Below the pieces are notes generated by a model. The model saw only the letters and a program-made list of their open reading frames with translations, ran no database searches and was not told where the DNA came from. The position numbers and the translations under genes were made by a program. A stretch of 63,283 bases of DNA, filler included, from Basidiobolus ranarum (taxonomy: Eukaryota), in assembly GCA_040143965.1 (NCBI GenBank). It is 7 parts of 7 records of this genome, joined end to end, with 100 filler letters (N's around TTAATTAATTAA, not from the genome) between each part and the next. Parts side by side here need not be neighbours in the genome. Positions count along the whole stretch, not along the records: positions 36,268 to 45,207 come from JASJQH010007771.1; positions 45,308 to 54,246 come from JASJQH010007772.1; 5 more parts are not named here. One strand, written 5' to 3'. Below, piece by piece: positions 37,960 through 51,928 of this stretch (positions are counted from its first letter, which is position 1; every line of letters starts with the position of its first letter).

Positions 37960-38720
37960 CCCCACTTCCATTTAATCGTGACATTCGATCTGGATTTGGG
38001 CTATCAGTTGGTTGACGTGATTGGACAGGCTAATTTACATTGAGTGATTGCAATGGTAACTAAGTCCATCACTTTAACCACAATGTGAGACTCTGTCATG
38101 TGGCTTTAACGTTACCTGAAGCTTAGTGAGACTCATTGTAAAACCTTCCTCTCGGTGAACAATTGTGCAAAGAACCCTTGAAAGTAGATCCACTCCCTCA
38201 GGCCTGTGCCTAAGTAGCACATTAGGCTACTAGTTGCACCTGGCGACCATCTCAAGGTGGATGTTGACGCAAGTCACAACACCCCTCACAGATTTATGAA
38301 GGCCATAACTCAACGACCAATCAAATGGACCTGGTGGATACCTGTCTGGGTTGTGGATGAACAATCTTCAAGCTCAGATAACTCTTACCTGGTGGGCAAT
38401 ACCAACACGTACTGGCCAATGTTGTTGGTGCCAGCGATCCAAATCAGGCCAGGAGATGCATCTCTCACTCGTCTAGATTAAACTTCATGAAAGGGACCTT
38501 GCTCCTGGTATCGGGATGCTCATCAATGCCTCCGAGGAAATCCCAGTAGTCTCGGCCACAGCTACGGCCAATCAGATCGAAGAAAAAGATGTAATCAACA
38601 AATTGGATGCGAGCAGATGGACCAAATGGTGGAAAATTCTATGGAGCCCATCCAGGCAACATGATTTTCCGCCATACCACTCGATCATCCCATCCCCCGG
38701 TTAATAGTAGACCCTGTAAT
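37960..38720 (+). mobile_element. Possible decayed Ty3/Gypsy pol relic
   Basis: Fragments in RT-RNase H order: FDLDLGYQL (cf. LDLxxGYHQ), LGY, VDVDASH (cf. TDAS), IRPG; no intact frame. Confidence 0.3.
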
Positions 38721-39142
38721 GATTTCCTGATCCACGATATAAAGTTTCCAAACCAACTTCACCAATGCCCATTTTGGCACTTGCTGGATACCATTTCGCT
38801 GGTAATTGAAGGATGTTATGAAGCACCTTTCCAAAACAAGCCTGCGATGATAAACATGGATGTGGCTAGGCCATATTTAACCAAGTAGAAGTGAAGATTG
38901 CTCATTTTTGGTTAAGTCAGATACCAACTTTGGCAGTTGCCTATGATGCGATCTCTAAGTAGATGTAAACCATAAATCGTAGTGGACTAATACATCTGCT
39001 CGAAGCGGGCATTTTCGCAAAGTGACCTTCCAGGCCTCGCCTTTGAAGGAGGATATCCCATACATATCTCGCCTCTTACTCCTCGAGTATATAAATAAGT
39101 GGGCTGCTTCGAGAGTGACCGCAATTTGGGTCATCAAATACA

Positions 39143-39975
39143 ATGGATTTTTTCAACTCGTATATCAGCAGGATAAAGAAATATGAGAGGGCTGCACTCC
39201 CTCCAATGCCGCCATACTCTCACATTTTCTCCTCGTGGGCGGCCACCTTTACTGGTATCGCCATCACCGGTTTGCTGACCTGGAACGCAAAGATCTTCAA
39301 GTCCTTTGATGGCGCCCCGGTACTCATCGGTTCATGGGGTGCTAGTTCGGTGCTGATGTACGTAGCTATGGACAGCCCGCTTGCACAGCCATACAACGCA
39401 CGTAAGAGATCAATGCTATATTGTTAGATTGTCCATACTCTTAACCTTACCTTATGCCTCCTCTAGTTGTCGGTGGAACTATCTCAGCATTTGTGGGGAT
39501 CTCAATCGGGAAGATATTTGATGCTGGTTGTTCGGAGGATATGTGCTACTTGTGGCTTCAGGCCGCGCTTGCCGTGTCACTGGCTATTGTGTGTATGATG
39601 GTAACCCGAAGTGTTCATCCACCCGGCGCTGCCACCGCTCTGATCACGATCACTGGTGGCCAGCATATTCGTAACGTCGGATACTTTTTCATCGTGTCGC
39701 CCGTCCTCTTGGGTACCGCCATCCTGATCATCGTGGCCATATTGTACGACAACGTCTTCCGAAAGTACCCAAAATACTGGATATACTCCCTGCCCAAGAG
39801 TAAAAAGGAGCTTATCTTGCCGGTGCAATTATGCAAAAAGGCTCAAGAAACTCAGATTTCAATGGCCGTAGCGCCCATTCCCGCTGTTTCTGAACTGAGT
39901 GCCCAGTTGGAAGTTGCTCAAAATAGAATCCAGGAGCTGGAAGCGAAGATCACTTCTCTACAGGGCCCTGTGTAA
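39143..39975 (+). CDS. HPP-family integral membrane protein (2 exons; intron about 39402-39466)
   Basis: LIGSWGASSVLMY...SPLAQPYN and TRSVHPPGAATALI signature motifs, several TM helices, C-terminal coiled coil; TATATAAATA at 39088. Confidence 0.9.
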
Positions 39976-40539
39976 TTGGAAGGGATCACTGAGAGACCAA
40001 TACGATACTCACCAATTGAGTGTTTCCATTACATCATCTTATAGACAGTTTTGTATCCCCTGATCTTGGGTCCCCTTATCCATAGATTTAGCACGTGTCA
40101 AGACATCCCCATCTTAACTATCTCACATACCTTATCTATATAATGAATTAATTGATGTGTTATATATATAAACTTCGGCCCACCATCAGAGTGTCGATGT
40201 ATCAGCGACCAAATGTGTATTTCATTATCGTGATCGGCAAAAGCAGTCACAGAGGGTAATGTCCCTAACCATCGCAAACCCTGGTCAATTGTTCGTCCAT
40301 TTGAACACTATGGGATGTCAAAATGTTGCAGTAACCATTGCGACCAGGCGTCAGCAACTTGGCCCTAGGACAACTGCATATCACCTATTAAAGAGTATTG
40401 GGGTGTGTTAGTTGATTATCAACACTGGTAGTATGTAGCTCATATCGAATACTTCAATAATCTGTGTACCCACGGACTCACTGAATGTGAATGCCGTACG
40501 CTGCGCTGGGATTTGTACTAGCCTCACCAGTGCCTTGAA

Positions 40540-43290
40540 TATTCGCACGGTCAGCAATATTCTGAGTCTGTAACAAGCAGATATGAAGTATGTCCTTGAG
40601 CGATTATTCTTTTCGTTAACCACTGTCAACGATGAACAACATCAATGAACTAGACATCAAAATAGCTGCAGAAACCTGACGGTCGAGTGCTTGAGACATC
40701 CATCGTGCGGAAGTGCATACTGTTGGTCGCCATCACAAGAAACTTTTTCTTAATTTTAGCAAGAATTGCCCCATTCCCTTTCGGATATGGTCAGTTCTGG
40801 ACTGCCACAAGGCAAGTACTATCGCTTTATTTCCCGTCTTGGTACTCACCAAAGAGGCAAACGCAACACGATTGGTTTTCTTCATGAGAGGAGAGAGCTT
40901 CAGTCAACCCTAAGACCAATATGGTAATAGTCAGTAGAGTTCTGGATTGATCAGAATTTAACTTGACACCATTAATACTACTTATAGAAGATTGAATTTT
41001 TGGTCAATGCAATTTTAAGCACTCATCAGGAACCAATGAAAATGTCATGGAGCTCCAAAAATCGTGAAAGCACCGTTCAGATTGGTCAGTTGAGGAGATT
41101 TGTGGAGATTTGCAGCTCTCCGTCTATGGAAGTACAGCTATGGGATTCCAAATTCGCTCAGTTGACGGTGTCCCTGGCTTCTGGGATGAGTTCCTCTTTG
41201 GGACTCCATTTGCTCTGACCAAATGGGTTACTTTTGGTTATCTACGAGAGCAATTTTTTGCTCCAATTGAGTTGTGCCATTACATCCGCTGATTCATTGT
41301 GACATTCCGTATCAACATCTTACCACAAAATATCTAGTACAAGAAGCCTCATCTACTCCTTTATCTGATGAGTTGAAGAGCACAGCGTCATATAGTAAAC
41401 TCTAGAAGACAACCACCATAGGATACCTCACGTGTGTTACAGCGAATGATGATCGTGACGGGAGAAAGAGATATTATAAAGTCTGACTAATTGGGATGAT
41501 GGGTCATTCAACACAGCAACATCTAACTTGCTTTAACAGGTAATCCCTGAAAACCTGGTGATGAATGCATTATCTGAGAGGTTCAAATGGCCTGCAGTAT
41601 ACTTATCCGATGGTCAAAATGATCAATAGTCAGCAAGATGTCTTAACTTGTTATGACTTCTTGGTTAAGCTTCGTAAAGCACAAAGTCTTGCATCACTGC
41701 CTATCCGTTGCTTCATTGGAGGAATCCGAGGAGTTTTTCACCTTGCAAAGAATGATCTGACCAGCAACTTCAACTTGCATGTTGTTGTGTGTTACTATTC
41801 CAGTTACTGAGATTGGTTTATCCAAAGTGATTGTATAGAATTGTTCAGTAATCCCGCAGGATGTGTATCATGATACTGCTGAAATCCAGGTCAAGGCCTG
41901 TTTAGTGTAATCATAGAGATACCACTGCCGGCATTATATTCTGTCAAGGATATCGGCCAGTAATTATGAAATTTTCTCCTATCTGTCTTGACTGTTTTCA
42001 TCGTAGGAATCATATTTGAAGCGCATAACGCTTGCAGTGTTACATGCTCTAGAGGTACAAACGTCTGACTGTCCAGATGTCAAAAGGTTCGATGCACCTG
42101 TAATTTGGCCTTCATCAGTCATGGTAACTCTTGTCGTGATAGGCGTTCTTAGAGCTGATTAATTGTATGACACTAAGGGGCCATTGGTGCTGAGTAATCC
42201 GGGAATTACAGATAAAACTCACGATGAGCATGGTTCCTCTGGAAATACTATCTACACAGTATCTCACCATCACTATCAGCACTAGCAGTTCTTAATAATA
42301 TTTCGAGGTACTGGTGAACGACTTGTTAGTAGTTCAAGTATTATGTGAAAGGTATCCATGCAACTTTATTCATTCAGTGGGTTTGCATTTCGACCCTCTG
42401 TATATAATATTATTGTCATACTTTGTTCTACCAAAGATAAAGAATTTATGCCAGAGTTATAAGCTAACAATATTATTTTTTCTCAGGTCATTTCTTTTAT
42501 ATTATATATCCAGTCTGGGACATGTCCACTGAGTTCATAAAACGACATGTCTATGAGATTTCATTTTTTTAAATTCAGAACTGGACCAGATAAAATACTG
42601 TGAGTAACATAAATGGCGTTAGCATATCCTTTTAGTATATCAGGAAATCTTGCTGACCTGTTAAAGCCCTCATAATGCTGTAACCAGATTGTGAGCTGGA
42701 TCTCTACTGATTGATATCTTGTGGTTCCAATATTCCCACGACTGTTGAGCTATTATTAGATGAATTCACCATTCCACGCATGTGATTCAATAAGTAATTA
42801 AGTAATGTTCCTGCCATTGTTACTAGATAAATCTAACTGCCTAAACATGGAATCGAAATGTCTTTAAACATATTTGAACAAAGTTCTACTCTATTGGCCA
42901 AGTGCTTCAAATTGGGTATATTTGTCCAATACTCTCCTGTATCGCGATAGAATCTCCAGAACATATGCATCGGTTCTCGTTGTTAACTGTCTGATATGTT
43001 ACCTGAAGAAAAATGACCCATTATCGAAGCTATTCTTTCGGAGATTAATATAACAACAGGTTCACGAACTGCCCCTTGTTGTAGTACACTATCGGAATTT
43101 GACCTGTCTCAAAAGTAAAATATTCAGCCTAAAGTTATTTGAACGTTGATAACACATATCCAGACTCCACACCACCTGAGTTTTTGGAGTCCTTATCTAA
43201 TTTTGGCAATTGCGCAACGTACTCCCCGGAGAATACTTCAATGTTGAAAATTCTCGAGACTGTTAACTTTCTCTCAACCACACCTTCAAA
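40540..43290 (-). mobile_element. Decayed non-LTR retrotransposon (RT + RNase H)
   Basis: Ordered remnants on the minus strand: KYSPGS, ETGQIP (about 43100), an NMFK(A)FDS-like string (about 42860), FRT-DGCLK (about 40700, cf. FYTDGSL) and LLVTDSEYC (about 40560). Confidence 0.45.
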
Positions 43291-44703
43291 ATCAACAGAT
43301 TTAACATACACGTCTATCTCTGCAAAAAAAGGATTGTTTCAAAACGGATATACTTGAAGATATGAACAATGTAACTGGCTATAAAATCATGGATGTAAAA
43401 GGGACCATTCGAAAAATTAACCAAAAATAGATTTTTTGAGTATCGTTGGTTAAAATTGGAAATGGGATTTCATAAATTTTATGAGCCTATTGTACTACGC
43501 GTAATAATAATAATCGTAAATTTGTTCCAGAGAACCCATGGAATCTTAATCATGTACGTATCTTAGCTTGAATAATTGTAGTTTCTCTGGGCACATTCTC
43601 GACAATCGATGTGATATGCCACCCTTGAAAAGTATATCTTTACCAACTAACCAACCAACCAAAAGGAAAGACACTGTTTTGTCTATATCCAGCTTCGTTC
43701 GTATGGTTTTGGAAATATTCTATATCCGGAGTAATAAATGACTTATATTTATCAAATAAATGGGGTTGTATGCAACACAATATTATAAGCATTTTCAATG
43801 CACAAATCTTGCCAGACAAAACTAAGCAAATTTGAGCGGTGGAAAAACAAAGTAAATGAGGATATTCCTTACTTTGTGGCCAAGTCTACCAGGCACTTAC
43901 GTTCCGGGAACAACTTGGTAGATATATCCATAGAAAAAGTGGACATATGTCTGATTTTCGTAATAATTATACACTTGGTAAAGCAGCACTCACTATTCCT
44001 GATCTCACATAGGGTTGGGTAAATACTGCAAATACCTTATTGAGCGATTCTGGATCACATATTTGGCAAAAGCAAACATCCGCGTGTTCAAAAGGCCACA
44101 CTTGGTAGTAAAATTACAAAAGTGTCTTGGATTACAAACTATCCGTTAGAGGAAGGTGACTATACCAATGAATCAATAGCGCTTATTTCTTAATCACAAC
44201 GATTCTAAGTGAAATGAGCCCTATCCAGCAGTTGAATTGAATATTAAATCATTTTGGCATTACCTTTAATGCGCGTTGTATCTTAGTATAAGAATCAGTT
44301 ATTCAAGCTAATTGCAAATGTTTTAGGTCTATACCGTAATGACTTACATATACTTCTTATTCTAACGGTAGGGATAAAAACGGAGGTCTGAATACTCTCA
44401 GTATAACATGAAAGCAGGAGTTTAGAGGCAGTAAGTCCTGATGTACATACTTATTCAAAATATACGAAATTACCAATATGGGAGCAATTGAGCTCTCATA
44501 AATTTTAAAATATTGGATATCAACTTCTGGTTAAGGGGGAGACAGTCACCAACAAATGAATTCTTTATTTCAAACAAAACAAAGAGGCCATAACTACTTA
44601 TGTAGTTTCTTAATAAAACATGAAGATCTGGAGTATTGGCATGAATGTGGTGAAGCAGAAAAGTTAAGTCATTAGAGTCTAAGACACTGTTAAGTGGTGT
44701 GGG

Positions 44704-44900
44704 TGTTCAAGTATTTGGGAGCCTGTTGGAAGAGGTTTGGAGATATAGAGAAGCTGGTGGTTTTCACTTGTTGCTTGATTGAGTTGAAAGTTGCCATTAA
44801 TAGTTTTGTCAATATGTAAGCAAACTAACATGTATAATCTGTTAAGGAAGGTCCCAGGAACATATGTGCAAAGTTTTGAGCTTCAAGCACAAGTTTGAAG
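44704..44900 (-). mobile_element. Partial LTR, family A (3' portion)
   Basis: TGTTCAAGTATTTGGGAGCCTGTTGGAAG... is the reverse complement of the LTR 3' end; similarity stops near 44900. Confidence 0.8.
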
Positions 44901-45022
44901 AGGGTTAGGAGAATGAAAAGCACCAGATGGTATGGACTTTATTTAGCTTAAATAATAATCTAAACAAAGTGACAATCAAGCCATCAATCTTTTAAGATAT
45001 TGTGACAATACTGGATCATATC

Positions 45023-45207
45023 TGTTGGATAATTAATCTTTATTCAACATCATAGTTAACTTTAGTTATGATACATATATCAGAAACAGAAAGCATCGTA
45101 TCTATAGCCCCTATATTCTAAATAGGAATATCTCTATATCTATATAACAAGTATGTCTTATCACCCCCACTTATCTATTATATCTTATTACACAAACTCC
45201 TGAATAT
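45023..45207 (-). mobile_element. Young LTR (family B), inverted, cut by contig end
   Basis: Begins TGTTGGATAATTAATCTTTATT; near-identical inverted copy of 36268-36374. Confidence 0.7.
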
Positions 45208-45307
45208 NNNNNNNNNNNNNNNNNNNNNNNNNNNNNNNNNNNNNNNNNNNNTTAATTAATTAANNNNNNNNNNNNNNNNNNNNNNNNNNNNNNNNNNNNN
45301 NNNNNNN
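45208..45307. other. Artificial contig linker
   Basis: N44-TTAATTAATTAA-N44. Confidence 0.98.
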
Positions 45308-45879
45308 TTAACTTCGACACGGAACATCCAACCATAATCCCCAAATCCTGTCGACTCTTAGAGGGAATTAGAGTTAGTACTTGCATTTCCATATCTGATC
45401 TTGGATTGGCCGAGATTCTTGCTGCTCAACAGCCCAACTCTTTCAAAGAACTTATCATGGAGTGTCCAGAGCCCCTTTCCATTTGTCATACCGTGAACAC
45501 TCTACTTCAGTTCCATCAAAAAAGTGTGACCAGGATCAAATTAAGCTTCTACCTTTTTCCACTTCCAAATACAACCAAGAACAATCTCGCGATTGGTGAA
45601 CTGTGCCAGTTTGTAAATATGAAACGCCTGGAGCTAAGAGGTTGTCCAAGTGCTAACGATATAAGTATGAGGAAGGTGGTGGAGACATGTTCTCTTTCTA
45701 AGGTGGTGTTTGATAAGACATCCATCACTCATTCAACCATTGAAACCTTAGCAAAATATTCCGGAAAGCAGTTGAAGGAGCTGCGATTCGGAACAAATGA
45801 TCAAAGGCTTGGTAACGTTATACCTATGCTTGCCACTCATTGTCCTAATCTTCAAATTCTAGAGCCGCTCAAGTCATGA
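45308..45879 (+). pseudogene. RNI-like leucine-rich-repeat (F-box/LRR-type) fragment, 5'-truncated, degenerate 3' end
   Basis: CRLLEGIRVSTCISISDLGLAEIL, MKRLELRGCPSANDISMRKVVETC, HCPNLQIL repeats; the frame stops abruptly and downstream DNA has stops in the frames examined. Confidence 0.55.
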
Positions 45880-46494
45880 AATGCCTGGTGCCGGACATTC
45901 CATCACATGATTGAGATAGATTTCCAATTTCTTGATTATTCGCAGATCTCTTGGAGCTTTCTGCCTGTGTGTGTCTGTTGCCCTGTATACGTTGTAAAGG
46001 GCCTTGCATTAGAATATTCAGGACATCTCTGAGATATAGTGCTAAGCCACTCATGTCATGAAATAAAGTCGCATTCTAGAGACTTGATGAATGTACCACA
46101 GAATCGCTTGCTTGTTATTAGAAACGTTACACATTGAATACATGCTATACGTCATTTCTATTACTGAAAGTTTTGGTTTCAGGATGGCCCGCACCCTTAC
46201 TTTCAACGATTACTATTACGTCAACTCCCCCCCACGATCGTGAACAAGTGGTTTCGTATGAAAATTTTACATCTTTAGAAAAGGAACTGACCGAGGTGTG
46301 TCAATATATGTAGGTAAAGAATAGTTTCTCACCAGGGTTTATTATTTCAAAGTTACTTAAACACGGTGAAGGTGAAAGTGAAGGACCACCCTAAATGCGG
46401 GTAAAATATAAAAGAAATATAAAACTGAAGTTAAATCAGTCTACAATACATCAATTGTTCACTGTGAGAAGTCTTGACATATAAGCTATTATAT

Positions 46495-46879
46495 TTAGTT
46501 CTTGGTTTGGGTGACGTGACTCTCGAGCTTGCTTTGAATGCTCTCAAGCTGTTCCTTGGCCTTGGAAAGCTCTTCTTGTAAGTGCTTCAACTTTTCAGCT
46601 TCCTATAGTATCCGTATATTATGGTTAATTCTATACTTTCGTCACAAAATAAAAGGAATCACTCCAACCTGACGTCTGAAATATTGATCTTCAACGGCTT
46701 TTTCCTATAAGTTCAAGAATTTGGTGAGAAAATCACCTCAGTAAACATAAAAATTACTATTCCGTGAATACCTTCTTGGATAAACTACCACCGGCTTCGT
46801 TAATGGAACCGGAGTAACCTCCAGAGGTGTAAGTACGAGCGAAAACGCGAGTGTTACGGGTGGCGAAAGTTCTGAGCAT
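46495..46879 (-). CDS. INH1: Mitochondrial F1Fo-ATPase inhibitor (IF1), 83 aa; exons 46879-46772, 46704-46669, 46602-46495
   Basis: Spliced MLRTFATRNTRVFARTYTSGGYSGSINEAGGSLSKK-EKAVEDQYFRRQ-EAEKLKHLQEELSKAKEQLESIQSKLESHVTQTKN*; IF1 motif GSIxEAGGxFxKxExAxEDxYFR; phase-0 GT-AG introns. Confidence 0.92.
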
Positions 46880-47331
46880 GTTTGAATGAGTTAAGTGGAC
46901 GTACAGAGCAGCTAATATTTCAACAAGTTTTAAAAAGGATTCGAGTCAACAGAAAATCTCAATACTCACCCTTCATCCCCTACCTGTCACCCCACACTCG
47001 ATTTCTGGGGTTTTGGGAATAAAGGTCATCAAGTTACAAACAACCCCATTCTTATTCCACTAGTGGCTGGCTAAATGGATAATTCTATACAAGGGAATTT
47101 GGGACCTTTTACCATCCCAGTCGTGACAAATCTCTTATGAACTAAGCGTAATTACAGTATTTAAACTTGAGATTGAGACGAATGGCGTTAATTAATTCCA
47201 ATTCAGATAAGTGACTCTAAGAATTCATGTGACTCTGGATTTTGTGATTTTTATTATTACAAAATATGTTCGATACTAATACAGGATAGATATATGTATA
47301 TATAGTATTTATAGTGCTACCAATATATGAA

Positions 47332-50300
47332 TTATGAGTGGTTTTGCGTTTGTTTCCTCAAAATGTCAATGCTGCTTTGATAACTGGCACCTAGCAAGTT
47401 GACGTTGGCTGGCTCAGAGTGTGAAGTTACATCCCCAGAGATGGCTTTCGTAACAATGGGAGCAAGAGGTGGATATTGATACGGTGATGATAGTTCACTC
47501 AAGTTATCTGTGATATTTGTATGCTTAACGATCATTGACTTGCGTCTTTGCGAAATCGGAAGTGGAGAAGCTGATGTAGAAACAACAGGCTGGGCAGGTG
47601 GTCCAGGCGTACCAGTAATCCAGTAATGTCGCAATCCTTCGTCAGGTGTCATTCGTTTTTCTGGATCCCACTCCAAGCATTTAGAGATGAAGTCCATAAA
47701 TGCGTCATCAGTGCATTTAAGAACTTGCATAAGATTCTTCGCTCCCGGCCGTCTTCGTTTGCCTTTAGAATTGATTACTGGACGAGGAGTATTGCTGGTA
47801 TCTATTTTGTATCAAGTAGATAAAGGGTTATTTAAGCGATACTCATTATTCCATACGTATTCGATAGATATTACCGAAGAATGCTACTCTTCTGGAGCAC
47901 TTTTCAATAAGATAAGTGGGCGGTGTTCCAAGTACTTCCATGATACAACTCAATTGCTCTCTTTCACTTTCTCCAGGGAATAGCGGGTATCCAGTATATA
48001 GTTCGGCTACGATACATCCCAGACTCCACATGTCTATAGCAGTATTGTAAGGCATGCCTGCAGAATATCGTTAAAAGTAGAACTATATTCGAAAATCGGG
48101 GTATTCATACCTAGGATAACTTCAGGGGACCGATAGAAGCGACTTTGAATATAGGTATAGACTGAGGTAGGAGATATTCTCTGTTAGTGTTTCATACTCG
48201 TCTACTGAATAAATTAGAAAAAGCGTTTACTTCTTTCACTCTCAAAGCAACTACTTCCTAGATCAATTACTTTGATTGCACTTTTGTTCGGATACTTCAA
48301 CAGTACGTTCTAAGAGAGTGTTAGATGCATGGGGAGAGAGAAGGGTGGGATAGTTAATGGACATACCTCAGGCTTAAGATCACAGTGTACTACATGATGC
48401 TTGTTCAGAAGGGACAAGGCTCTCAACATTTGAACCGTAAAGCGACGAATCAAACTAACACTGCATCCCTGGAACGAGTTGCTTTTTAAGAACTCATAGA
48501 GATTAATACTTAACAATTCAAAGACGATGCAAAGATGATTTCGGAAATAGAAATGACGGAAGATGTGAACCAAGTTCTTCGTGTCATCAGGATCCTGAGG
48601 ATGAAAGGTTAGCAATTGGCAGTTAGACGGAAATAGAGATTACCCATGCTTGTACCCATTTCTTTATGCACTCAAGGATTTTGAGCTCTACCAACGCTTG
48701 CGTATGGAATCTCTTTTTATTGCGAATTATCTTGATTGCTACTTGCTGCCCAGTTTTATGATCTTCAGCTTTGATCACTTGCCCAAATGATCCTTTTCCT
48801 AATATTTCGAGGATTTCGTAACGATATAGTAGGTGGTCATTCGATGCGATCTGATAGTCACCGCGTTCATCATCGAATCCTTAAAAGTCAATGAGTACTT
48901 TAGCTTGAAACAAATAGTTATCAGTTGACTCCTACCAAAGTTTGTGGAGCTTTCGCCTGCACTGGGCTTCTTGCGACAGTTCTGACCATAGTAATAAATG
49001 TGTGGGAATTGTAAGATTTCCGTTCGTTCGTAACTGTGAAGTTTGAACGTGAAATTCTTCAACACGTCTAGAATTAATCAGGATGGTTAAAATCAAATCT
49101 GAGAGTCTCACAGGAACTGGGCGAAGAGTTGGCTTACATTGGGGAGATAAGGTATCTTTCTCATTTTCTCGCGAACTAGTATTTACGTTCGCATTAGGTT
49201 TAGCCATATCGGTACTTTCATTGGGAACAGACTTTGTAGTCATACGGCTTCTATTGAGATGACTGTACTGCATATATTTGTCATTTGTAATCCCTTTCTT
49301 TCCAGATTCTGGCGTTCTTGTGCTGGTGGTGATATTAGATTCCGCTTCTTGGTTGGAACTTGACTTTGTAGTCCTAGAGCCATTTGGTCTAGGCTTTAGG
49401 GGCGAAGAGGTTTTGATATTCTTGCTGTCAATCACGAGATTTTGATGTTGCCCAGTTGGGGATTTCTGAAAGGTTCCTCGAGCATCTGAGGTTAATTTTT
49501 GTGATGGTGTTAGCGGCTTACTAGGAGTAAGTCTTGATTTTGACGAAGAGGTCCTATTTTTCGATATGGTAAAGCTCTCCCCATCAGAAAGGTAGGGGGA
49601 AGAGTTACGACTGGTAGGAAGACTTTTCTCATTCTTAAGGGCACCCAAACTCTTGTTCTTTCCCTTTTGAATCAAAGGACTTTTAGGAAGCTCTCGTGTC
49701 CCTTTAGGGTGGCTTACACTAATATTGGGCACTGTAAGACTAGTAGAAATCTGTCACGATATCTATATTAGTATTTGTTAACGAATTGTTATGAGCAAAA
49801 TATACCTTTCTACGATTGGGAGTAGTGTCTGTAGACTTTGAGTTGCTGGAAAGTAATCTAGGACTCTGCGGATGAGACTCAATATTGGTTGACTTGGGTG
49901 AACCTCTTTGTGCTGATGTGCTACTGGATGGTGTGCTCTTTACGGTTCTTGAGGTAGCCTCAGAATTTCCATTCTTCATCTGCTTGTCATTAGATTTGGT
50001 ATTCTTTTTTTCCGCCTCTGAAGTATTTGGTGGAAGAAATGATACACGTGGAGTCTTGTTGAGATTAATATTGATATTACTTGTTGAAAGAGAATTGGAA
50101 CGTAATCTAGTAAACATTGAAGAGGCTTTTGAACTCAAGTGAGACGAGTCCCCACTCGATTTTTTCTGGTTTCGATTAGATTAGACATTAAATATTATGA
50201 ATGAAACTACGAAGACCAACCAACCACAGTATCAGACTTGAATGCATTTAATGCTGAGGATTTCGAGAGGGAAGTACTTCCAAATCCAGGTAGCCCTTGC

Positions 50301-50960
50301 GAGAAGTTTCGTCTAGGTAATGTTTTTGACTTGGATTTAAATTTCCCCTCAAGAATAGGTAAATTCGATGCGTTTGCATCAGAAGCTTTCAAATTGTAAC
50401 TACTATATAGTAACGATAAGTAAAAATAGAGAGTTGCTTCAATATCAAAAGAATACATACCTCTTGCCCTCTAGTTCTGCTTGTGAGGAAGATTTTGTTG
50501 ATGACCCTAGCTGAATCCAAGATTTAGGCACTGTAGTTACAGTAGGCCGAGGTTGAGCGGTACGAGGTACTGGTAAATCTATTCAAGTGACGAGTAAATC
50601 AGTATATTTTGAATACAAGTGAGAATAAACTGGGTATAACTCACCAGGAGAATGGTTAGAAGAACCCACTCCGGTTAGGTTATTATTCATCCAATAAGTT
50701 GAAGCGTTTCCACTAAAGGATATAGACCTCTTGTGCCGTATTCTTACTACAGGAGGCTGAGTTGTTTGTAAGATTTGCTCATCTTCCAAATCCACGACTG
50801 TGGGAGATATATTTGAAATAGGAGAAGGGGTCCCAGTACTTGTATGTACAGGTGCTGGTGCTGGGGGTAAACTTGGGCTATTGTAAGGAGAATTGTCTTG
50901 TGTCAAAGAGTGCAAATTATTCCCCACGAAGATTGGAGAAGAGGTTGGAGCAACTTGCAT
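47332..50960 (-). CDS. Class 2 DYRK kinase (Pom1/DYRK2-like), multi-exon
   Basis: DH box [54 protein letters not shown]; long Ser/Thr-rich N-terminus; start approximate. Confidence 0.92.
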
Positions 50961-51928
50961 AGCTATACGCACTATAAACCAGAATAAGTATTCTACTCAG
51001 AATGTAGTGTATCTTATGCTTGAAGGTAAATTGCGTGGGTTTTGCAAGTGAAATAGAAAATCAGCTCCTTCCAATGGAATGCTCTTCAATATATATATAT
51101 ATATATTCCTTGTCAACTACAGTACAAAGTTTAGAAGTAAAAGAATAAGAATTACTAGTCAAGTTAGTTCAAGTTTTAAACCTGTTGCATAGTAAATGTA
51201 AGAAGTGGTATTATAGCGTATTCTTTTGGCGTACGTTAGAAAGCAATTGCAAATTTAATAAAGGGGATACACTGAAGGCTGGGCAACATATCCAAATACG
51301 AGCAACTACGATTTTGGATAGTCTATTGGTTGAAGTTCTCAACCTCTGAATGAATCAGCATTGTGGATCAATGCTAATCGACGGACATACGCTGCATCAA
51401 GATTCAGCATTCACAACAATTGATGGAAAATATATAATTATGCTGCTGTGGATATTGTTCATGCAGATGACGATTGGTCGAGTAAGAAAGCGATTAAACA
51501 ATGTCACGGATCCAATATTTTCTAACGATCGATTTATTAATCCAAGTTATATTTAGGATAACACTCGAAGTTGTGATGTTAATGATTTGGGAGGGGGAGC
51601 ATCGAAGGTTATATATACTGTATATACATATTATATACACGATCAAGGCTAGCTTACCACAAACTTAGTTTTGGAGTGACTCGAACCACCAATACGATTG
51701 TTAATTTATTTTTAATCTTGGTTGGAACTTAAGTTTACAGACTTTGGATGTTCCTTTTTTCTCGGTTTATTTGTTGTTACTTGGGGGAAGTTGCTATTCT
51801 TACGACAGAGCATGGTGGGGTAACTTTGTGTGAATCCTAGGTTACTGCCACTTTAAAAATATCCCTTTGATACACGTATATATACTGTGGCATTTCGCTA
51901 CCATGAAATACATCACAACTACCTCAAT

